A stretch of 64,000 nucleotides of DNA from NCBI GenBank assembly GCA_002269645.1, contig NIVC01000793.1:62001-126000 (forward strand). Direction: 5' to 3'. Both the position numbers and the translations under genes were made by a program. Below are positions 13,401 through 36,228 of this stretch, in pieces. The stretch comes from Macrostomum lignano. Taxonomy: Eukaryota. The notes below the pieces were generated by a model. It worked only from the letters and a program-made list of their open reading frames with translations, ran no database searches and had not been told where the DNA came from. Every line of letters begins with the position of its first letter. The stretch's first letter is position 1.

Positions 13401-16400
13401 CCCATCGATCCCTTCCCCATCGATCCCTTCCCCATCGATCCCTTCCCCATCGATCCCTTCCCCATCGATCCCTTCCCCATCGATCCCTTCCCCATCGATC
13501 CCTTCCCCATCGATCCCTTCCCCATCGATCCCTTCCCCATCGATCGCTCCCTTCCCCTTAATTCCTCTCGATTCATCTTCTGTTTCAATTCACTCCCTCC
13601 TATCCCGAACTGCCAAACCAGCAGCTGCTCCGAGGCTCACCTGTCCGACCCGTCCGTCAGTGGAGACGGCGCTCGCATTGGCGCCGGCGGGCAGGGCGCC
13701 GAGGATCACCAGGGATCCGGCGGCTGACGCAGTCAGATCACCGCCAGCTGCCATCAGGCTGTCCCAGGTGAACTTCAGATCCGGCAGAAGGAAGATGTCG
13801 CTAATTAGCACAAATATGTAGGTGGCATCGGTGTAGCCCAGGCTCCTGGTCTCCAGGATAGTGCGAACCGCTGCCGGGGTCTCCATCAGCATGATGACCA
13901 CTGCGGGGCCAGATGCGGGTGGCTTGTTGGAACAGTCTTTAAGTTGTGACTTACAGTCTTACTTACTTTCAGGAGCAATTTGGCTTTAAAAGTTGCAAAA
14001 AGCCTGTTCTTTTCTACCCTCTAAGTCAGGGACTGGCGAAATTTTTTACCTCAAGGCCAGATAGAAAACATAGCGCATTACTGTGGGCCAGAGGAGGGAA
14101 AAGAGAGGAGAGGGAATAGAGAAGAGAGATAGGAAAAGGGAGAGGCGAGGGAATAAAGGAGAAGAGGAGAGGAAAGAAGAGAGAGGAGCGAAGAGGAGGG
14201 GAGAGGAGAGGAGAGGAGAGGAGAGGAGAGGAGAGGAGAGGAGAGGAGAGGAGAGGAGAGGAGAGGAGAGGAGAGGAGAGGAGAGGAGAGGAGAGGAGAG
14301 GAGAGGAGAGGAGAGGAGAGGAGAGGAGAGGAGAGGAGAGGAGAGGAGAGGAGAGGAGAGGAGAGGAGAGGAGAGGAGAGGAGAGGAGAGGAGAGGAGAG
14401 GAGAGAGAGAGGAGAGGAGAGGAGAGGAGAGGAGAGGAGAGGAGAGGAGAGGAGAGGAGAGGAGAGAGAGAGGAGAGGAGAGGAGAGGAGAGGAGAGGAG
14501 AGGAGAGGAGAGGAGAGGAGAGGAGAGGAGAGGAGAGGAGAGGAGAGGAGAGGAGAGGAGAGGAGAGGAGAGGAGAGGAGAGGAGAGGAGAGGAGGAGAG
14601 GAGAGGAGAGGAGAGGAGAGGAGAGGAGAGGAGAGGAGAGGAGAGGAGAGGAGAGGAGAGGAGAGGAGAGGAGAGGAGAGGAGAGGAGAGGAGAGGAGAG
14701 GAGAGGAGAGGAGAGGAGAGGAGAGGAGAGGAGAGGAGAGGAGAGGAGAGGAGAGGAGAGGAGAGGAGAGGAGAGGAGAGGAGAGGAGAGGAGAGGAGAG
14801 GAGAGGAGAGGAGAGGAGAGGAGAGGAGAGGAGAGGAGAGGAGAGGAGAGGAGAGGAGAGGAGAGAGTAGATTCGACTAGGGAGCTGAGAAAAGACAAAC
14901 CTTGAGCGGGCGGGATTGCTATTGTGAAATTTCAAAGTACCCGAGGGCCGGATAGAGAGGCTTCGCGGGCCGGAGTTTTCTGACCCCTGCTCTAAGTTAA
15001 TCATTTGCTCCTTTGCCAACAATGCCAATCTACTCTCTGCAATCTCAAATACCGAATAATATCTAGAGCACACGGCCGTGAGAGTCGATATTTAATGAGC
15101 GTACGGTGTGAAAAAGGTTTACAGATGAGTACCAATGCAAACTGCATGCACAGAAGCAATGCATTCGGCATGTAGCAAGGCAGTGCTAGCAGTGGGCTCC
15201 CAGTTTTAAAAAGGAAATTCGGTTACTATGCAAGTCGTCTCAAATTTCGCTTGGTTGCTATGGGCGAAATAAATTTCAAGCCAAGGATAGACAAATTTCA
15301 AAGGCAAGCGAGAGTATCCATCTTGATATCCGAATGAGGAACTGGATTCCAACTGTAGCTCGGGTGCCCCTTCCGCCGCCCCCCACTCCCCTCCCTCCGC
15401 CGGGAACCCGTGATTAGAAGCGCAAAGCTCTGCCTTCTCATTTGTCGCGTTTGCTCGCAATTTTTTCTTCTTGTTCGCGCCGACTTGTTGCGAATTTTGT
15501 CTTTTGAGATTCTTAACCGAGCGAAGGGCCTTGCTAGCGAGTCTCCTGGAAGCAGAGAAAGCAGCAGCAGCAGCAGCAGCAAAAGGCGGGAAATTGCTGG
15601 CTTCCTTTTAACAGAGCGGACAAACGGGCGACTGAACCTCCCTGTGGCTAATTACCGATGAGCTCTTGGGTGGCGCAGGTATAATTGCTCCCCTCTCGGC
15701 CGGTTAAGATGAGGGAGGAGGGATCGGGCAGGATAAGCCTCGGATTATAGCGTTTGTTGTGTGTTTTCGCCTGTGCCTCTGCTTTCAGTTAAAGCTGTTT
15801 TCTTTTACTAACGAAGCGATTCATGGACATGGGCTCTAAATAGTAGAAATTTATAAGTCATTGTGATTGAAGGAAGGGTGTCGTTTGAAAGAGAGTGTAT
15901 GGAGGGTATTTATGGAAGTTATCTGTCTTTGAAAGTGTGTAAGGAGGGTACATCCGCATGATGCTTCAATAGTAATAGTAATTGATTACTGTACCTTCCC
16001 CAATTGGGCCAGATGTGCAACCGACAGCTCAGCCGCAGCTATTGCGCGGCGCATCTGAAGGCTGCGTACGGCTGTTCAGTCCAAGGACTGGGGGGTCGCC
16101 ACACACACCCTCAATTACCCCAGCTAATGCTGGCAACCATTTTACAGCTGGGTAAGCTGAAGCAATGTAACTGTGTCTTGCTCAAGGACACAAATTTTCT
16201 AGTGGGAACGGGAATCGAACTCTGACCTTCAATTCCACTAACCACTAGGCTACAACCCCCTCAAGCAAGTGACATTATCTCCAATCGGTCGTAAGGGCAT
16301 TTACAGAAGGGTATATGGAGGGTATCTTCTAGAGGTACTTTAATGAAAATAAAAAAGGGTATTGTCAAGCTGGTGCTTGAAGGGTCCGCCCTGCCCAGCT

Positions 16401-17099
16401 ACAAAATGCAGCCATTGAACAGCCCGCTGTACCCTTGACGTTGGCCACTCGTCTTAGCCGGGCCAGCGCGTCCGCAGCGGCCCCTCCGTCGGCTCCGACG
16501 CTGAGGAAGGCGGCCGCCGGGATCTCGTAGTCCAGCAGCGACAGCTGCGCACCGAGCTGGTAGGCCGCCCGCTGCCAATAGTCCGAGCCAGACTGCCACA
16601 GCACCGCCAGGCCCTGCCAGCGGAACCGGCTCAGCAGGGCCACAGCGCCGCTGACCAGCGTCGTCAGCGACGGCGCCAGACTCGGCAGCGCCGGCGCGGG
16701 CGGGTCGACGCAATTCCACGACACGGCGGTGGCATTGGCGGCGCCAACGCCGGTCCACGAGGCGGCGAGCTGGCAGAGGTCGGGCTCCGGAAAGCCCAGC
16801 CAGATCAGCGGCTCCCGACGGGCGAGGACATCGGCGACGGCGGCGCCGAGGGAGTCGCGGCCGGGCCGGCCGGTCACCGGGTCGCAGGTGAGCGGCACGG
16901 CTCGGACGGTCAGCGAGCTGGCTGGGACAGCTGGCGGCAGCATCAGCGAGGCGGTGGTGTTGAAGAGGCCACCAATGATCAAGCTGCTGGAGTTGACCCT
17001 GACGGTGCCGCAGTTGTCGCCCTGAGTCAGCACCCAGACTTCAACAGTGGCAGCGGTCGACAAGCCAACGGCAGCAGACAGCAGCAGCAGCATCAGCAT
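1479..17099 (-). CDS. Receptor-type (membrane) guanylyl cyclase: signal peptide, extracellular domain, TM, kinase-homology domain, dimerisation helix, cyclase domain
   Basis: Phase-consistent GT-AG exons: 17099-16433, 13900-13641, 12440-12116, 11518-11431 (TM: [22 protein letters not shown]), 11097-10995, 10179-10012, 9931-9749, 9342-9271, 9185-8787 ([23 protein letters not shown], no catalytic HRD Asp), 8671-8442, 5527-5335 ([11 protein letters not shown]), 3860-3646 (VETIGDAYM), 1734-1483/1479 ([16 protein letters not shown]). This is 12 internal/upstream exons plus the last visible exon. The KVETIGD Glu and YCLFG Cys indicate GTP specificity. The 3' end is ambiguous (see findings). Confidence 0.95.
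1876..2228. repeat. 88-bp tandem repeat, 4 near-identical copies (intronic)
   Basis: GAGCTGTCCAATTCAATGG recurs at 1876, 1964, 2052 and 2140. Confidence 0.95.
2945..3330 (+). mobile_element. Decayed Tc1/IS630-like transposase N-terminal fragment
   Basis: Frameshifted translation gives [18 protein letters not shown] (HTH), [48 protein letters not shown] and [20 protein letters not shown], the layout of Tc1-like DNA-binding regions. Confidence 0.55.
4371..4806. other. Cassette of three abutting inverted repeats (hairpins); probable non-autonomous mobile element
   Basis: Arms 4371-4410/4464-4504 (~80% identity, centre CCGAGGCGAAGCCGAGG); 4508-4560/4628-4680 (53 bp, 1 mismatch); 4681-4715/4773-4806 (near perfect). 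Confidence 0.85.
7030..8415. repeat. 24-bp minisatellite (GCAGGATACTTGGCTAATGGAACA), intronic
   Basis: The period is visible directly and explains the [16 protein letters not shown] and ANGTAGYL ORFs. Confidence 0.97.
9418..9712 (+). mobile_element. tRNA-derived SINE with CORE-like central domain
   Basis: A-box-like TACCTAGTGG, B box GAGTTCGATTCC, then TGTGTCCTTGAGCAAG...GCTTCAGTTCACCCAGCTGTAAAATGGGG resembling the MIR CORE. A second copy lies at 15975-16260 and a 3' fragment at 17720-17820. Confidence 0.85.
10221..10883. mobile_element. MITE with ~115-bp terminal inverted repeats (CCAAGGACCACTGTAG...)
   Basis: 10221-10335 is the reverse complement of ~10776-10883. Flanks are CAG/TAG, so the superfamily is unclear. 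Confidence 0.8.
11690..12058. repeat. 35-bp G-rich minisatellite (GTCGGTAGTGGGGTAGGAATGAGGGGAGTGGGGTT)
   Basis: GTCGG recurs at 11725, 11760, 11795 and onward; about 10 copies. Confidence 0.95.
12565..13548. repeat. 15-bp minisatellite (ATCGATCCCTTCCCC), ~65 copies
   Basis: Highly homogeneous array; source of the SIPSP, DPFPI and GKGSM ORFs. Confidence 0.97.
14027..14989. mobile_element. hAT-type non-autonomous element with internal (GGAGA)n
   Basis: Termini CAGGGACTGGCGAAA / TTTTCTGACCCCTG; perfect 8-bp TSD CTCTAAGT (14019-26 and 14990-97). Same family as 40892-42742. Confidence 0.9.
14200..14866. repeat. (GGAGA)n microsatellite
   Basis: Pentamer run inside the hAT MITE. Confidence 0.97.
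15975..16260 (-). mobile_element. tRNA-derived CORE-like SINE, second copy
   Basis: Reverse complement of 9418-9712 at high identity, with a short deletion in the head. Confidence 0.85.
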
Positions 17100-17719
17100 G
17101 ATGTCGGTGAAATCCGATTAGAAATTCGTCTCCCCCGGAAGTCTTTGTTTTCAATTCGAATCGATTTTCTGCTTCTAAGAACTCAGCGTTGCCGTCCCTC
17201 CCTGCTGGCCGATTCCGCCCGACCGTGACTCAGCCGTGCGAGAGAATAAATCCCCCATCAGAGGCCGGGCACGTTTGGGAAGGGAAGCTCGGAATCTTGG
17301 GGATCGCGCAAGCCGCACGCCACCCCCCCCCCCGCAGTCGTCTTTTTCGCCTTTGCCCGTCCCGCTAGCGCGCACCTGAGCGTCATAATCTGTCTGAGCG
17401 AATCAAGCGGAGAGAGTGAGAGAGGTTGGGCGACTCTCCTTCGAATTCGAAGGGGACGGACGAGGCGAGTCAAGGAGATTTGGGGAGGCGGGAGAACTCG
17501 AAATTTTCACTAGTTTCGTCTCTCGTGGCTCTACCGTTGATTGCGCCCGGGTGTTTCTTTCTGCACGATTCCAGACTTGCGTGAGCTGTGATGCTTCTGA
17601 AGCTGTAATACGCAGAATTCAATCTGAGAAATCAACTCAATTTTTAAAAGTATCTGATTTCCCGAGCGAGGTCTATGTCTTCAGCGATTCCGAAGCGGAG
17701 GTGCATAGAAACCATAATA

Positions 17720-17820
17720 TTAATTAATAATTAATAATTGATTACACCTGCCCCAATGGGCAGATGTGCAACCGACGGCTCAGCCGCAGCTATTGCGCGG
17801 CGCATCTGAAGGCTGCGTAC
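17720..17820 (-). mobile_element. 5'-truncated fragment of the same SINE with an AT-rich (ATTA/ATT) tail
   Basis: Matches the 3' ~85 nt of the 9418-9712 copy. Confidence 0.75.
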
Positions 17821-18649
17821 TTGCCCAACACTGTCAACTTGTCAGTTTTGATTGACATGTTTCTTTTAGCTTTCTTGCTTAAAACATACTGTTGCATCAT
17901 TTTTGCGTCAAGTGTTATAACAACAATACGGTATTTGTATTGTATCTCCTGTTCAAAACATAGAGATATTTCTTTGAATTCGACTTTATAGGAAGATAGT
18001 CCGTTCCCTCCGATCGTCAGTCTTCAAGTTTTTATATATATTTTTAAAGTAAGAACTCATATGAATATTCATCTCAGAGAAGAACCATCACATATGATGA
18101 TTAAAATAATTACAATAGGTAAAAAATTACAACAAATTTCCCGTATCATCCACCGTGCTTAAACACAGCAAAGTTCAGTTCACGTTCCCGCCCGCCTATG
18201 TCACTGCAAGGCCGCGTCACGCAGACCGCCAACTCAAGCAAGATAATTATGTCAGGAAGGAAGACTGCGCAGGTCGCAGCCAAGCTCGCCGACTCCTTCC
18301 TTTCTCCCTCTGCTGTTGCCTTCCCAGGTGCAAAAATGATTGGCCAAGCGACAGGAGTAAAAAGATTTTGCTGTCAGCTCTACTGCAAGTAGAGTGATAG
18401 GGGCAGAATAACACAGTATAATTAATAAACTGGTTGGTAAAAGTATATTGTGCAGCTTAATGTAGGAACCGTCCGCTATCGCTCTTCAACCTGGGATTTT
18501 ACAAAAATTAAAACTACGTTCTTTAAAAATAAGCTTGTCGCAAAAGTGCTTTCATATGCTGCAAAAAAGAAATGGCAACTTGCAAGCCGACAATAAAACG
18601 AAGTGAAAGTACTTAGAAAAATTAAATAAAATCATAATACACATGCCTC

Positions 18650-19069
18650 ACGTATGAAACATTCGCCGACACTTATTCAGACACTTATTCAGACACTTCT
18701 ACAGACACTTTAGTTTCTGTCGTACGAATCGTAGGAACAAGCATTAAATTTGTTTATTCCTAACAAACTACCAGTAAACTGCCTTATTTTTAAAGCTTTT
18801 TTTGCTTTATTTTATTAAATATTAATCATGAAATTTGTTATTCTGCATAGATTCTCTTCACGTGAAGAAAAATGTTAAATTTGTCCAGGACACTTCCTAA
18901 CTCATATTTAATAAAATAAAGCAAAAAAAGCTTAAAATAAAGCATTTTACTGATAGTTTGTTAGGAATAAACAAATTTAATGCTTGTTCCTAAAAAAAAA
19001 GATTCGTACGACAGAAACTAAAGTGTCTGTAGAAGTGTCTGAATAAGTGTCGGCGAATGTTTAATACGT
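18650..19069. mobile_element. Foldback element with long TIRs and 9-bp TSD (Mutator/MULE-like MITE)
   Basis: About 180-bp inverted arms starting ACGTAT[G/T]AAACATTCGCCGACAC; perfect TSD ACATGCCTC at 18641-49 and 19070-78. Confidence 0.88.
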
Positions 19070-19692
19070 ACATGCCTCGGATAAAGTATTACATTACTAA
19101 AAAGAAAAAATTATTATAAAATCAACACAGTAGTTTTCGCAAGTTTTTACTTTTTAAATCCATATACTAAAAATGGTTTTTCGGTAGGTATCTATGTGAT
19201 CAATTTCTTACTACGCTCGTATATAGCTACATGAAATCAAATTAGCAAAGTGCATACCAAAATAAACTAAACTAAACTAATTCAAAAGATACAAACAATA
19301 AGTAGCATTCCAGCTTACTTGTACATAAACCTGTCTATTTGTCTAATATTAAATCTGCAATAATCGAAAGTAAATCTCAAACTAATTTTACTATGCTAAT
19401 TATTTTTTTAAGCAGACTCTGTTTGTACTTTGCTTAGATTAGCATTAAACTCGTAGCTAAGTCTAGTTTACCCCGTAGAGGCTTGAAACCAAGACAATAA
19501 GAAACTGACAATAATACTCGCATAACAAATTCTCGCTTGTTCAACTATTTTAAAATTAGCAGTTCAAAAATATATTGTCAGTTTTTGTCAATCAATATAA
19601 GTTAATTTAAATCTAATAAATTACGACAGTAACTACTCGTAAATCGGTAAACTTCAAAAACACCACAAACACTACAAATAGTTGAGAAGTGT

Positions 19693-31165
<11,473 letters not shown>

Positions 31166-32157
31166 AAAAGGGAGAAAAGACCAGGCGACGCATAGTAAAA
31201 AACTGAACAGTTAAGCGATGCAATGCACTTTGTATCTGGTTTAGTTTATGGGAATGTAACAAAAATAATTATACTCGTAGTTAGCACGGGGGGTGCTAAG
31301 AAGTAAACAAAATGACGTGCTGGGTCACACAACCAGATAATTTCGTCGGTCGATTCGGGCAGGCCCTCATTAGGCACACCGGGTCTAGTTCGGGGGCGTT
31401 TTCATAAGCTCGAAATTTTACATCGTCGAAAAAAAAATCTTGCATGCGTACTCTGGCGGTGGTGGCACCATAGATCATGCATACGAGCTATACCCATGGG
31501 TCGCGCCAACCACACAGTTACTCGAAATAAAGGCAGGGTGCATGCCAGTTAGGAGTTCCTCACGATTATTTTTGCTCACTTCAACCCACGTCTTACACTG
31601 CATTTAAATTAAGATGGTTAAAAAGCCGCGGAAATTAACACGTAGACTTGTTATTCAGACTTGAACTAATACATGAAAAATGCTGAATAGCATCCCTAGC
31701 TCCGCGTACAGTAAACGTATTTGATTTTTTTACTTTTAGATTAATCGTAAATTTTGAAGAGTTTAATAGTGGTGATCAGTCACTCAAAAACTCCCACTTC
31801 CTGACCGAAAGTCTGGGAACAGAATTTAGTGATCTTGTGGCAAAGTTGCGCGTCTGATGAAAAGCAAAATTAAGAACGTGAGCGCTATAACTTTTTGTTA
31901 TGCGACATGTTTCGCCTCGCGTCAGGCACCGTCAGGCTCTTAAAAATTAGTAACGACTTATTTGTATTTATATTTATATTTATATTTATATTAAACAATT
32001 TAGACAACAAACGGGTCGATAAAAGTCAGAAAATGTATGTAAATCAACAGTAAGATTGCACAGTCCGGTGGAACGCACACAGTTGCAATGAGGGGGGAGA
32101 GAGATGGAGAGAGAGAGTGAGATGAGCTCGAGTGTACACCTAGAATACTCTAAGGAG

Positions 32158-33379
32158 CAGTGTTGGGCAAGTTACTCAAAAAAGTAACTTGCGTTACTGT
32201 AACTTAAGTTACCAATTTTTAAAAAGTAACTTACGTTAGCCTAGTAACTTTAGACAAAAACTTGGTAACTTTTAAGTTACTGTCCGTTACTCACTTCCGT
32301 TACCCATGTTATTAACAAAATTTTCTGCTTTTTTCACAGAGCACATTTTTCACATTGTTGTTACCGAAATTTGCCATTGGGCATTGGGATTAACCGATTA
32401 ACAGACAGAGACAGGAATTGGCGACACGATGTGAGGCAAGTAGCTCGTAGAAGGACCAATAATGGGCAATGGCAATCAATAATTAAAATTATAAATGATA
32501 AAATAAACGAATATCAATAATTCAATAGAGTAAAATAAATAGAACTGTATAAAATGGTATAGTGTACTGCAGTGCCAGTGGAGGGACTTGTGGAGGCTAC
32601 AGATGAATTTCTTTCTTTGGTTGTTTGTTTGAATCAAACTTGAAAATTTTTAGTAACAAAAATGAAAGGCGAAAATATTTTACCGAAATTAACAAAGTAA
32701 AACATGTTTCAAGTATTTCTTCATTAATTAAGCGCAATACCATATGATACTGTTCACTTAATTTTGAATTTAGGAATGAAAAATGCAAAAAACATGTGAC
32801 AACCGCGGCGTACTAGCTAAGCATTTCAGTTTTAAATTTAATTATTGCGATTGTTGCAAAGTAACTGTAACGGACTTTCGAAATTTGAGTAACTTACCGT
32901 TTTTTTATTTTTTTTATTAAAGGCAGGGGGTTGTGTGCACCCTGGCACACTTTAAGCGTCATTGGCACACAACCGGCGAGAGGCATTACTGCCCATTCCG
33001 CCGACTCCCCTGAGCAGGCATACAAGCGCGCGGATACGTACGCAGGCACACACTCACACAGGAGTGTACAGCGGCCCTAACTTTATCAATTGTTAGGCAT
33101 GTACACTTCACTGCGCCTTGGGGGGGTTGGCTCTCAAGGCCGTTAATTGCACAAGCGAGCCAAGCCAAGATTCCAATCCAGCCCCAAATTAATGTGGCTG
33201 CACTTGGAATCGAGCCTGGGTCGCGGCACACCAGAGCAGCTGCGCTACCGCTGGGCTACGGCCCCCGTTACTCCGTTACTAAAATAAAAAAGTAACTTGC
33301 GTAAGGAACGCTTTACGAAAAAGTAACTTGCGTTACCATTTGCAAGTTACTCGGTAACGGAAGTGCCAGGCCAACACTG
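32158..33379. mobile_element. hAT-type non-autonomous element
   Basis: TIR CAGTGTTGG/CCAACACTG; GTAAC/GTTAC subterminal repeats; perfect 8-bp TSD CTAAGGAG (32150-57 and 33380-87). Confidence 0.9.
32902..33264 (-). mobile_element. tRNA-derived SINE (second family) with A-rich tail
   Basis: Minus-strand head GGGCCGTAGCCCAGCGG (A box) ... GGCTCGATTCC (B box); A-rich tail; apparent TSD CCGTT. Confidence 0.8.
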
Positions 33380-35844
33380 CTAAGGAGGGCACTGGCACAT
33401 GATTGGCAAGTTGCTTATTTAGGATTGGTTTACGCGATTTTATATACTCGTACAGGGCTTCAAGCACTTTTAGTCTGCACTCATTTGAACACGTATGGAT
33501 GGTGGAAATTTTTTATCAATTTGGCTGTCACAGCATTCTTTGCATATCATCAGGTGGTCATGCACGGCTGACATCTTTTGTCCATGTTCTCTCCGGAGCT
33601 TGTTGGATTCTGAAGTCAGCCGAGATCGTAACTATTTAATCCATCGACGTTACTATATATTCCTTGTGATCAGTAATCAGGGATATCCGGGATGCGCCCT
33701 AATAATAGAATCAACTCTTTAATAACAACGAGGTCCTCCAGAAAGGGCGTCTTCTTCTAGAAATAACGGAATCGGAGCCGTGTGCCCTTATCTGTTAATC
33801 CAGGGTACTAAAATCACTCAAATCAATAATTCGTCTAAGAGTATCGGAAACGGTCCAGTGGATCCTATCCAATCCCTTAGGAATAGGGAGGGCGGAGGCA
33901 TCAATTTCAATAACTTAATAGAAATCAACTGATCAATAACGGCCGGCAATGGCACCGCTCTCAATAATCAAATAACAAAGACTTCGACAAAGGCTTACCG
34001 ATCGGAATAAACTTCTCTGAGATGTAGCCTCTTAGTTCTTGGTTGGTCTCAAGTCCTCGAGGCTGCTCTCCGAGTCTGAGATTTCAGCTCGGATTATTTA
34101 CTTGTACGAGTATTTATACACAGTTTTAAGTCGACCTTGGCCTCAACCGGTCTTTTTGATGATGTCAAGAAACGAATTTTATTATTTGACAGGTGGAATT
34201 TTTGAATAGAAAAGGTGAAACTTAAGGGTCAATTTCAGGTTAACATTTACCATATTTTTTGGGAGTTCTAAAATTAAATGTTGCGAACCGTGTTCCACAC
34301 AATGAAATAGTCATTCGCTGTTTTCGTGATGGTGATACTACTAAAAACGAAGTATGAATCACGCGTGACATTTAAAATTTGTATTTTTCGTAGTTTTGTC
34401 TTACTACTAGTAGTCTGCTATGTTTTGGAGATCTCTACAATTCTGTGATTTCGCTTTTTTATTCAGATATGCTCGGAACAAAACCAATGACAGTTAAATT
34501 GTCTGTTATTTCTCCTTTAAGTACAATCTGTTTTAGCTGTGTAGCTAACTTGACAATTTTCCTGTGAAGTGAAGATTGCATATCAAAGAGGATCCCGAGC
34601 AGCACTTGCGTGCATGTCCTTGAAATGAATGTTTGCAGGGATGAGAGCTGAGATTTTGATTTAAAATTAACAAAAACAAACGTTTGTTGCCAAAATAAAG
34701 ATGAGATTTTTTATCCACTTTCCAATGTCTCTAATAAATCTTTTGAATTTCAGGCACGAATAAAAGATACATCGGCAAAAATATCACTTTTTGGACACCC
34801 GGCGTAAGCTAAGATCACGGATAAAAAAGGTACTGAATAATAATAAACTGTGTATTTCATCTATCATTTCCGAAAGTCAAAAACAACTGAATGAAGTTTG
34901 GAAGCATTTCTCAAATGAGTAAAATTTAGCAAGCGAAACTACTTGCATAGCTGCGCGAGATTAAGAAGCAGTTCTTTCAAGAGCGCAACATACAATTAAC
35001 AGTTATGACCTATCAAACAAACGATGTCTACTATTAGTAGTCAAAATAAAGAGTATTGGTTCGAGACAGGAACGAGTTTAGAGCAGGGTTTTTTAGCGTC
35101 AGAATTGCATGCCATTTAGCATGCGGGGTCCAAGGATGCCAGCTGGAAACAAATAAAATAAAATACTTGCAGACTCCATGTTGACAGATTACTCTCAAAT
35201 TTGATAATTGAAAGAAGTCTTGAAATCCCAAGAATACCAACATATTATAAAATAATTGATACTTGAATTAAATGGAATCCAGATTAGAAAAATACAGAGT
35301 GACACTTTGGGGTCCAAATGACACGCTGTGACACAAAATCCCAGTGTTCAGAGCATAGCAACACACTGCATTCTAGGTATTAGTATATTAAGCAACGAAA
35401 AATGATTTGCCAACCAGGTTCACAAGCTTAATGAGCTATTTACATAAGTACAAATTGACTCGCAGTAAAATCTAAAAAATCTGTAGCTTTTTTCCAGTCA
35501 TGGAGCACATGATATGAAAGAAGAGATATGCTCTCTAAAATAAGAGTGATGCGGGAGCTTTCAACAATATAATGATCTCTCTATGAAACACAATGCGTTA
35601 GTGTAATCGCATAAGATATTATTAATAAGAAAATTTTACAAATTAGCATAAAATATATAACAAATAGGACGCCAACAAAAGCGCTACAATGGAGTCCGAA
35701 GTAACGCTCTGAACCGAACAGACTGCAATTAATTAGTAGCGTATAGCGAAGATTTTTATCTGGGGCGACGGGTCACGAGCCAGAGCCACAGTACCCATAG
35801 CTAATGTCATTGTAACAGAGTCATTCGCCGCGGAAGAGCGCCAG

Positions 35845-36105
35845 TTTAGCGCTGCAGAATAGATTTTAGCGCCAATTTAGCGCTGCAGAATAGATTTTAG
35901 CGCCAATTTAGCGCTGCAGAATCGATTTTAGCGCCAATTTAGCGCTGCAGAATAGATTTTAGCGCCAGTTTAGCACTGCAGAATAGATTTTAGCGCCAAT
36001 TTAGCGCTGCAGAATAGATTTTAGCGCCAATATAGCGCTGCAGAATAGATTTTAGCGCCAATTTAGCGCTGCAGAATAGATTTTAGCGCCAGTTTAGCAC
36101 TGCAG
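35845..36105. repeat. 31-bp tandem repeat, ~8 copies
   Basis: Unit TTTAGCGCTGCAGAATAGATTTTAGCGCCAA. Confidence 0.95.
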
Positions 36106-36228
36106 GCTAGATGGAGCTTTACTTCGAATTCAATTCTAGAGACTTGAGTTGAAGAGAATCCCAGACTTGGGCTCAAATCCCCTTTAAAGCATCACAGCAG
36201 CATTTAGCAATTGCAAGGTCAGCCCAGG

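Larger units (their letters stand above)
31850..34100 (-). mobile_element. Decayed Penelope-like retroelement (GIY-YIG end), interrupted by a hAT MITE
   Basis: The minus strand at ~33390-33610 reads REHGQKMSAVHDHLMIC...TIHTCSNECRLKVLEALYEYIKSRKPILNKQL. A CTGACG...CGAAACATGTCG motif typical of Penelope-like termini lies at ~31900-31940. Boundaries are approximate. Confidence 0.6.

Noticed and set aside
12389-15073. 290-400-aa low-complexity ORFs (SIPSP, GKGSM, LLSSP, RRGEE)
   Set aside because: Products of the 15-bp and GGAGA arrays in guanylyl cyclase introns.
15298-15582. Signal-peptide-like [20 protein letters not shown] with dibasic sites (possible neuropeptide precursor)
   Set aside because: It starts at TTG, the Leu run is a (CTG)n microsatellite, and there is no amidation or repeat-peptide pattern. 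An alternative non-coding first exon here cannot be excluded.
31296-31478. 60-aa minus-strand ORF as an upstream alpha-kinase exon
   Set aside because: No convincing donor or phase match could be established by eye; left unresolved.
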